Assembly: GCA_039027135.1 (NCBI GenBank)
Contig: JBCCKZ010000001.1
Span: forward strand, 1-41,996
From: Planctomycetota bacterium
Lineage (GTDB): Bacteria; Planctomycetota; Planctomycetia; Pirellulales; Pirellulaceae
Direction: 5' to 3'
Length of the DNA: 41,996 bases
Below, piece by piece: positions 35,224 to 41,996 of this stretch. The translations under genes and the position numbers were made by a program. Position 1 is the stretch's first letter. Each line of letters begins with the position of its first letter. The notes beneath the pieces are model-generated. The model saw only the letters and a list, made by a program, of their open reading frames with translations, was not told the DNA's origin and searched no databases.

Positions 35224-36198
35224 TCAGACTTTGATCGTGATAATTTTCTTGATGACGATCGCACCAAGAGCTTGTGTGAAGATGCCTATCCCCATGAACA
35301 AGTGACCCAGCGGATCAGTGAAGAGCAAAGAGATGTACTCAAAGTTCATCTTCAGCATCATCAAGAACAACGCTGGCGGCATCCCAAGAAGCACGGCCCC
35401 TGACATACGACCTTCTCCAGTTAATGCCTGGATCTGACCTTGAATGGTCAAACGCTCGCGTACCAAACGTCCTATCTTGTCCAAGATCTCGGCAAGATCA
35501 CCACCCGTTTGTCTTTGAAGTGCGACAGCGGTCGCAAAGAATCGAACATCCATATTGGGGATGCGATTAGCCATCTCCTCAATCGCTTCGTCAAGCGGAA
35601 TACCCAAATTCTGCTCTTCGAAGGCCCTCTGGAATTCGGGTCCCAAGGGATCTTCCATCTCGCTTCCCACGAGTCCGAATCCGGCATTGAGAGAGTGTCC
35701 AGCACGAAGTGAACGCGAAAGCAACTCCAAAGCTTCGGGCATTTGATTGCCGAACTTCTTCAAACGCTTGCGGCGTTTCATGAAGATGTAGCCAATCGGG
35801 AGCACCGCGAGCATTCCGCCAAGTACAGGCCCTAGGGCGACGGGCACGGGAGTCGCGACGCACGCAATAAAGCCAAGCCCAAAGAGTACCAGGCATACGA
35901 ACAAGACTTTCGCTGGATGAATCTTCAGACCCGCCTGCTCCATGAAGTCCTTGAATCCCGGAACAGAATCCAAAAGATCCGCGAACGGCAGCTTATCGAC
36001 TTCGGCACCCAGCAGCATGAGAGACTGGCTGCTGGCCTCATCGTCAGGTTCGCCCCGACCTCGACGGCGATTGGCCATCATGGCCAACCGATCCTCAGTC
36101 GCGGATTGTTGTGGACCCGGCATCAAAGTGACCGCAGCAAAACCCGCTGCCGCCGCTACGAAGACACCAAAGCCAATGGCGATTGCAACCACACTCAT
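35224..36198 (-). CDS. tadB: Tad pilus inner-membrane platform protein TadB (T2SSF family)
   Basis: QMPEALELLSRSLRAGHSL, QRQTGGDLAEIL, ALTGEGRMSG. Confidence 0.9.
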   Translation of the reverse strand: MSVVAIAIGFGVFVAAAAGFAAVTLMPGPQQSATEDRLAMMANRRRGRGEPDDEASSQSLMLLGAEVDKLPFADLLDSVPGFKDFMEQAGLKIHPAKVLFVCLVLFGLGFIACVATPVPVALGPVLGGMLAVLPIGYIFMKRRKRLKKFGNQMPEALELLSRSLRAGHSLNAGFGLVGSEMEDPLGPEFQRAFEEQNLGIPLDEAIEEMANRIPNMDVRFFATAVALQRQTGGDLAEILDKIGRLVRERLTIQGQIQALTGEGRMSGAVLLGMPPALFLMMLKMNFEYISLLFTDPLGHLFMGIGIFTQALGAIVIKKIITIKV

Positions 36199-36199
36199 A

Positions 36200-37507
36200 T
36201 TAAGCTTCCATCATCACGCGTTCGCGGAATGCACTGGATGGCAACCGAACGCCGGCCGCCTCTAATTTGTGCATGAACGACGGGCGGACTCCGGTGCATT
36301 CAAAATGCCCATAAGCCTTTCCGTCTGGTCCAACGCCGATTTGATTGAACCGATAGATGTCTTGAAGAACGATCGTGTCTTGTTCCATACCAACCACCTC
36401 AGTGATCGCGGTGACACGTCGAGGCCCACCCTGCAATCGGTTAGCCTGAATCAGCACATCCACCGCACCAGCGACTTGTTGGCGAATTGCTTTGACCGGT
36501 AATTCAAAACCGCTCATCATCACAAGGGTTTCCAAACGGGCAATTGCGTCACGTGGAGTATTGGCGTGAATGGTGGTCATTGATCCATCGTGACCCGTGT
36601 TCATGGCTTGGAGCATGTCGAGTGTCTCACCGCCACGACACTCACCGATGATGATTCGCTCTGGCCGCATCCGCAGTGCGTTTTTCACAAGATCCGTCGC
36701 GGTGACGGCACCATTGCCTTCGATGTTGGGAGGTCTCGTTTCCAAACGAACGATGTGATCCTGCTGAAGTTGCAATTCGGCCGCGTCTTCAATCGTCACG
36801 ATCCGATCATCGTGTCCGATGAAGGAGGAAAGCGTGTTAAGGAGAGTCGTTTTACCGGAACCCGTACCACCGGCGATGATGCAATTGAGACGAGCTTTGA
36901 TACAACCCTCAAGCAACATCACCATCTCGGGAGTGAAAGCCTTGTATCCGAGTAGATTCTCGAGTTTCAGCGGGTTGCTACCGAATCGTCGAATCGATAC
37001 CGCGGCACCATCAAGTGCAAGCGGAGGAATGATCGCGTTCACACGCGAACCATCTTCCAATCGAGCATCAACCATGGGCGAAGTCTCGTCGACTCGACGA
37101 CCCACTTTCGAAACGATCCGGTCAATGATTTGAAGTAGGTGTTTATTGTCGCGAAACTCGACCTCTGACTTCTGCATCTGACCGCCTTTCTCGACGTAGA
37201 TGTTCTTCGGACCGTTGATCAAAATATCGCTGACAGCCGTGTCTTTCAGAATGAGCTCAAGCGGCCCTAGACCGAGGACCTCGTCAATCACTTCGTCGAC
37301 TAGACGATCTCGCTCTTGGCGGTTTAGCAGTGCTTCTTCGGCATCGCACAGGTGTTCAACCACCATGCGGATCTCGCGGCGAAGTGTTTCGCCTTTGAGG
37401 TCACCAACGCGGGAAAGGTCGAGCTTGTCAACAAGCTTCCCGTGAATACGACGCTTTACGTCTTCAAATTGATTTTGCTTTTGAGCGGCGGTGGTGACTG
37501 GCGGCAT
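36200..37507 (-). CDS. cpaF: Tad pilus assembly ATPase TadA/CpaF
   Basis: Walker [10 protein letters not shown]; TIEDAAEL; [16 protein letters not shown]; [16 protein letters not shown]. Confidence 0.95.
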   Translation of the reverse strand: MPPVTTAAQKQNQFEDVKRRIHGKLVDKLDLSRVGDLKGETLRREIRMVVEHLCDAEEALLNRQERDRLVDEVIDEVLGLGPLELILKDTAVSDILINGPKNIYVEKGGQMQKSEVEFRDNKHLLQIIDRIVSKVGRRVDETSPMVDARLEDGSRVNAIIPPLALDGAAVSIRRFGSNPLKLENLLGYKAFTPEMVMLLEGCIKARLNCIIAGGTGSGKTTLLNTLSSFIGHDDRIVTIEDAAELQLQQDHIVRLETRPPNIEGNGAVTATDLVKNALRMRPERIIIGECRGGETLDMLQAMNTGHDGSMTTIHANTPRDAIARLETLVMMSGFELPVKAIRQQVAGAVDVLIQANRLQGGPRRVTAITEVVGMEQDTIVLQDIYRFNQIGVGPDGKAYGHFECTGVRPSFMHKLEAAGVRLPSSAFRERVMMEA

Positions 37508-37654
37508 TGAATTTCCCCTCGATCGAAAGTTCCGATGATTCCGTGCATAGCGGCTCTCGAGGTCCTTGAACCGAGGTGAGCCACATCAGGTCATTCCGAT
37601 CATGCCGGTCGCACCGATGCTATTTCGATGCTGACTTTCATGAAGACAGACTGA

Positions 37655-37688
37655 CCCGGGCAAACATACGACGCAAACTTTGCCCAGG
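37655..37688 (-). terminator. Imperfect inverted repeat between nagB and cpaF; possible terminator or stabilising hairpin
   Basis: cccgggcaaa...tttgcccagg forms a 10-bp stem (one G-U pair on the minus strand) with a 14-nt loop. No clear U-tract. Confidence 0.3.
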
Positions 37689-37717
37689 CGTCTAAGTCAC
37701 GCTAGTAAATGTGAAAT

Positions 37718-38494
37718 TTAGACAGCGGCTTTATCGAGATAAAAAGAAGTCGCGGAATGACCGCGAAGAAACGTGGCGGGTACGTCCGAAGATGGGGGAC
37801 CACTTACGAGTGTTCGTCGAATGATGTCGCGTTTGCCTTGGCCTATACCCATCAACACGATCTCCTTGGCATCAAGTATCGTGCTGATGCCCATCGTGAT
37901 GGCATACTTGGGTACTTTATCAATACCACCGAACGAATCAGCCGCATCGTTCCGAGTGATCTCCACTAACTCAACCAGTCGAGTTCGGCTCTCAGGTGTC
38001 GAACCTGGTTCATTAAAACCGATATGACCCGTACGTCCGATTCCCAAAAGCTGCATATCAATTCCGCCAGATTCTTTGATTAAAGATTCGTACTCGGAAC
38101 AGTGTTCCTGCACCTCTTGGCGAGAGACCGAACCGCTGGGCAAATGAGTGTTGCTTCGCTCAATATCGACGTGGTCAAATAGGTGTCGACGCATGAAGGC
38201 GTGGTAGCTATGTCGATTAGCCTCATCCATGGGATGATACTCATCCAGGTTGAAGGTCGTCACATTCGCAAATGAAAGCCCATCTTCGCGATGCCTTCTT
38301 ACTAGCTCGGCATAGACGGGGATGGGCGTCGAACCAGTCGCCAAGCCGAGAACACATCCAACACCGGCGTCGCGACGCTTTCGAATCAAAGATTCAATCT
38401 TTGACGCAACCGCATATGCCGTCTCCCGAGGATCTGCAAACTTTTGAACCTCAATACCGTGAAACTGAGGTTCTTGCTCAGGCGATGATGTCAT
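37718..38494 (-). CDS. nagB: Glucosamine-6-phosphate deaminase
   Basis: VLGLATGSTP, TFNLDEY, GGIDMQLLGIGRTGHIGFNEPGS, AITMGISTI, VPATFL. Confidence 0.93.
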   Translation of the reverse strand: MTSSPEQEPQFHGIEVQKFADPRETAYAVASKIESLIRKRRDAGVGCVLGLATGSTPIPVYAELVRRHREDGLSFANVTTFNLDEYHPMDEANRHSYHAFMRRHLFDHVDIERSNTHLPSGSVSRQEVQEHCSEYESLIKESGGIDMQLLGIGRTGHIGFNEPGSTPESRTRLVELVEITRNDAADSFGGIDKVPKYAITMGISTILDAKEIVLMGIGQGKRDIIRRTLVSGPPSSDVPATFLRGHSATSFYLDKAAV

Positions 38495-39938
38495 TTACGA
38501 TGCGACCGTGAACGTCCGTCAAGCGAAAGTCTCGTCCAGCATAGCGATAGGTGAGACGCTTGTGGTCGTAGCCCAAAAGACGCAGGATCGTTGCATGCAG
38601 GTCGTGCACATGGACTCGGTTCTCGACCGCCGCAAAACCTAACTCATCGGTCGCCCCATAAACTGTTCCCCCACGAACACCACCACCCGCCATCCAGACT
38701 GAAAAACCGTAATGGTTGTGGTCGCGGCCATTCATCTTTCCTTGATTGGCTCCTTTTTTTGGCATCTCAACCACGGGTGTGCGACCGAACTCACCACCCC
38801 AAAGCACTAGCGTCTCATCCAGGAGCCCCATTCGCTTGAGGTCACCCAATAAGGCCGCGACCGCTCTGTCGACACGCTTGGCAAGATCTCGGTGCCGGTC
38901 CTCGAGATTGTCATGGTTGTCCCAGGGCTGGCCCGCGCCCGTATACAGTTGAACGAAGCGAACACCACGCTCCACCAGACGTCTCGCAAGCAATGTTTGT
39001 CGACCAAACTCGTTGCGACCATAAGAATCGCGAACTGCATCCGGTTCATCAGCCAAGTTCAGTGCATCGGTAGCTTCAAACTGCATCCGATAGGCGAGCT
39101 CAAAAGATTCAATCCGAGAATCAAGACGAGCATCACTTCGACTGCCAGCGTGACTCTCGTTGAACTTAGCCAAGAGATCCAATTGCTGACGCTGATCATG
39201 TCGTGAAATGGTGGACGAGCGAATGTTCTCAATCAGTTGATCAACTCTTGTGCCAGCCGAATCAATGTAGGTTGCCTGATACTCGCCAGGTAAAAAGGCA
39301 CTCTGCCAATTCTGTGATTCCTTGATGGGGTAACCACCTGGGCACATCGTGATGAACGTCGGAAGATTCTCGTTCTCACTACCCAAACCATAACTAAGCC
39401 AAGAACCCATCGAAGGACGCACCAATCTTGATTCGCCCGTGTTCATGAGCATCAACGAGGGCTCATGATTGGGAACATCTGCGTGCATGCTCCTGATGAC
39501 GCACATATCATCAGCGAAAGCAGCCGTTTGGCTAAACAGCTCACTAACTTCCAACCCTGATTCGCCGTACCGTTCAAACTTGAATGGTGACTGCATCACC
39601 GCGCCAGTGGGACGCTCGGTTTTCAAGTTAGGGGTCGGTGCAGACTTACCGTGCAAATCTGCCAGGGCGGCCTTCGGATCGAAGGTGTCAACATGCGATG
39701 GACCGCCGTTCATGAACAGGTGAATAACGCGTTTCGCCTTGGCGGGGAAATGAGGCTCGACTCGCCCCCGGAAAACCGGCGTTTCAACACTCGAGCCCCC
39801 GGTAGTCTCGGACACTTCTGACGCAAAGACACCGTCGTTTCGCATCAATAAATCAGCCAGTGCCAGCGTTCCCATACCAGTGCCACAGCTCGAGAGCATT
39901 CGGCGACGACTTATCGAGTTCATGTTCATTATTCTCAA
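38478..39938 (-). CDS. DUF1501 family protein with a Tat-like signal
   Basis: SRRRML; AKRVIHLFMNGGPSHVDTFDPK; RPSMGSWLSYGLG; LLARRLVERGVRFVQL; WGGEFGRTP; GRDH; VHDLHATIL. Confidence 0.92.
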   Translation of the reverse strand: MRIMNMNSISRRRMLSSCGTGMGTLALADLLMRNDGVFASEVSETTGGSSVETPVFRGRVEPHFPAKAKRVIHLFMNGGPSHVDTFDPKAALADLHGKSAPTPNLKTERPTGAVMQSPFKFERYGESGLEVSELFSQTAAFADDMCVIRSMHADVPNHEPSLMLMNTGESRLVRPSMGSWLSYGLGSENENLPTFITMCPGGYPIKESQNWQSAFLPGEYQATYIDSAGTRVDQLIENIRSSTISRHDQRQQLDLLAKFNESHAGSRSDARLDSRIESFELAYRMQFEATDALNLADEPDAVRDSYGRNEFGRQTLLARRLVERGVRFVQLYTGAGQPWDNHDNLEDRHRDLAKRVDRAVAALLGDLKRMGLLDETLVLWGGEFGRTPVVEMPKKGANQGKMNGRDHNHYGFSVWMAGGGVRGGTVYGATDELGFAAVENRVHVHDLHATILRLLGYDHKRLTYRYAGRDFRLTDVHGRIVNDIIA

Positions 39939-41996
39939 TCGACGAAGGCGAATTCGTTGCTTGCCAAAAGCACCTGGATCAGCTGTCCAACCTTCGAAAT
40001 GGTGACTGGGTTCGTTAGAGTTTCGGGGTCGGCGAAGTGATTCAGCGAACTACTCTCAATCACGGCGGGCATGTTTGAATGTTCGTCTGAAGCGATCCGT
40101 CGGAACTGAACCGTAGTGTGCAAAACGAAGCTATCGTGATTCGATGTTTCGCCGCTTAATGCAATGAAGTCAATCGGTTGGTTCTCTTTTACCTCCACCT
40201 GAATGGGTCCAAATGGACTATTAAATCCTTTGCCGTTTCGCTTGTAGATTTGATCGTTTCCAGCACAAATCATAAAACGAATCCCATCCCCTTGCTCACC
40301 ACGGTGTCGCAATTGGCCACTTATGGTGATTGTCCCTTGGCCAGGCGAGATAAATCGGCGGGTGACTCCGATCCGGGGATCACTTGGGGGATGGGCGGAC
40401 TCTTTTCCAATCGATGCGTATCCAAGTGGTGGCTTGAGAGGAAATGAAGTCTCAGGCTGATAGCGTTGATCTTTGAATACGGAGAGTGGCTCAAAGGATT
40501 GCGGATATTTCAGCGGCCCCTTCGCATCAAACCGAGAAAGACCGTACCTCCAGAGCTGTCTCGGATCCAGTTGATCACTGACTTCGACCGATGGCATTTC
40601 CAAGAACTCGATACAGGATGTCAATTCGGTTGGCTCCGGCTCTCGACCCAAGATCTGAACAAATAGATCCCTGGTTAGTAACGCTGTATCTTCGCTTTGT
40701 AGTGGGTAACGCTTCTCCATCCTTCCAACCATGCCGGCCATCAAAGGGCTATTCAACAGGTGCAGGGACTGCTGAGGCACGGTCGTGTAATATCGACCTG
40801 GCGAATGCGTATTGGGGTCAGGGAAGTCAAACGTTCGAAAGATCGGAGGCAGATTCTGCCGATCGATCCGAGCATAAATCGTTCGTCGATTACCGGCTTG
40901 ATCAGTAGTAATATCGACGGACGGTCCACCAAAGCGATGAACCAACTGGCCGCAGGACTCCAGCATCGAATCCCGCAAAGTTTCAAAGTCCATGCGTTTT
41001 CGATTCCCTCGCGCGAAGTACCGATTCTCCGGATCGCGTTGAAGGACATCGGGAGAACACTCGGCGGCTCGGCGGTATGTTTGACTGAGCACCAACCTCC
41101 GAACCAAACGCTTGATGCTGAAATCATCGGCAAAATCGACCGAAAGATCCTCCAGCAACTCAGGAACAACCGGTGGTTCGGTTCGGACACCGAAGTCACT
41201 CGCAGAATCAACCAGCGGGCGTCCCATCAAGAACATCCAAACGCGGTTAACCATGACCCGTGCGAAGAGTGGATTATCAGCCGTCGCAATTCGCTGGGCC
41301 AACTCGTATCGACCGCTACCATCGGCAAATCGCGGTTCATCGTCGCTTCGCAATGCCGTCAAAAACTGCCGAGGCGCTTTCTCACCTCGTCGCCCAGGCT
41401 GGCCGCGAATCAATACGTGTCGATCCGCAACCTGCTCTTTATCAACCATGGCTAGTGGGCTTGCCGACTCTTCGTCATGCCGGCTACTTTCGATAACACC
41501 AAAGAGCGAGTAATAGTCTTTGGTTGGAATCGGGTCAAACTTGTGATCGTGGCATCGGGCACAGGCGACGGTTAACCCCAACAGCCCTCGAGTGATCACG
41601 TCAATCCGATCGTCCGTGGTATCGAGTCGGTTTTGAAACCGTCGCCCAATGGTCAGGAAGCCCATCGCATCGAGATTACCATGTTCGTTGTCTCGATCCG
41701 TGCGATCGCCTGCGACCTGATGCATTACCATTTCGTCATAAGGCATGTCGTTTGCAAAAGCGTTTAAGACCCAATCACGGTACAGGTAAGCCCCTTCGAT
41801 CTCACGCTTTTTATTCGCAACGGCATATCCAATTGTGTCAGCGTATCGTGCTACATCCAGCCAGTGCCGACCAAAACGTTCGGCGAATGCCGGCGACGCC
41901 AAGAGCTGATCAACCAAACGTTCAACTTTATCAACACGGACGTCATCTTCGAATCGCGTGATCTGCTGATGTGTCGGCGTAAGACCTGTTAGGTCA
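39935..41996 (-). CDS. DUF1549/DUF1553 (PSCyt2/PSD1) planctomycete protein, 5'-truncated by the window end
   Basis: The frame is open to the window edge (DLTGLTPT...ERLVDQLLASP). Motifs WLDVARYADT, CARCHDHKFDPIPTKDYY (CxxCH), NPLFARVMVNRVW, FDFPDP, QSLHLLNS, SNEFAFVD. Confidence 0.92.
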   Translation of the reverse strand, partial: DLTGLTPTHQQITRFEDDVRVDKVERLVDQLLASPAFAERFGRHWLDVARYADTIGYAVANKKREIEGAYLYRDWVLNAFANDMPYDEMVMHQVAGDRTDRDNEHGNLDAMGFLTIGRRFQNRLDTTDDRIDVITRGLLGLTVACARCHDHKFDPIPTKDYYSLFGVIESSRHDEESASPLAMVDKEQVADRHVLIRGQPGRRGEKAPRQFLTALRSDDEPRFADGSGRYELAQRIATADNPLFARVMVNRVWMFLMGRPLVDSASDFGVRTEPPVVPELLEDLSVDFADDFSIKRLVRRLVLSQTYRRAAECSPDVLQRDPENRYFARGNRKRMDFETLRDSMLESCGQLVHRFGGPSVDITTDQAGNRRTIYARIDRQNLPPIFRTFDFPDPNTHSPGRYYTTVPQQSLHLLNSPLMAGMVGRMEKRYPLQSEDTALLTRDLFVQILGREPEPTELTSCIEFLEMPSVEVSDQLDPRQLWRYGLSRFDAKGPLKYPQSFEPLSVFKDQRYQPETSFPLKPPLGYASIGKESAHPPSDPRIGVTRRFISPGQGTITISGQLRHRGEQGDGIRFMICAGNDQIYKRNGKGFNSPFGPIQVEVKENQPIDFIALSGETSNHDSFVLHTTVQFRRIASDEHSNMPAVIESSSLNHFADPETLTNPVTISKVGQLIQVLLASNEFAFVD

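Noticed and set aside
37655-37720. Resemblance to a c-di-GMP-I (GEMM) riboswitch (GGGCAAAC...GACGCAAA...CTAA) upstream of the Tad ATPase
   Set aside because: It lies on the plus strand, antisense to cpaF, and the GNRA-capped P2 hairpin is missing (only 4 nt between the motifs). A simple inverted repeat explains it better. An Infernal search with the Rfam c-di-GMP-I model would settle it.

Overview
Planctomycete (Pirellulaceae-like) chromosomal window, judged from a planctomycete extracellular N-terminal motif, DUF1598, DUF1501 and DUF1549/DUF1553 genes. I found no rRNA, tRNA, CRISPR array or mobile element. Gene order: 3' part of a LamG + GSDH protein; an unlisted 56-aa coiled-coil ORF; rhaB; ATE/Bpt-type transferase; DUF1598; a cohesin-like PEP-CTERM protein; a 4246-aa secreted S8 protease; FliN-like orphan; NRDE; epimerase; GH10; MBL exonuclease, ATP-dependent ligase and UDG; floA; alpha/beta hydrolase; tadE-tadG-tadE; GNAT; GT4; tadC-tadB-tadA on the minus strand; nagB; DUF1501; partial DUF1549/1553. 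The best candidate for a new system is 6205-19806. The giant protease is built from three scaffold super-repeats whose PPC-like domains carry different inserted payloads. One payload is a circularly permuted single-chain triplet of phage tail-collar (MdpB-like) units. The protein ends in a dockerin-like repeat, and the adjacent upstream gene encodes a cohesin-like PEP-CTERM protein that may anchor it to the cell surface. All family calls come from motif recognition by eye; no searches were run.
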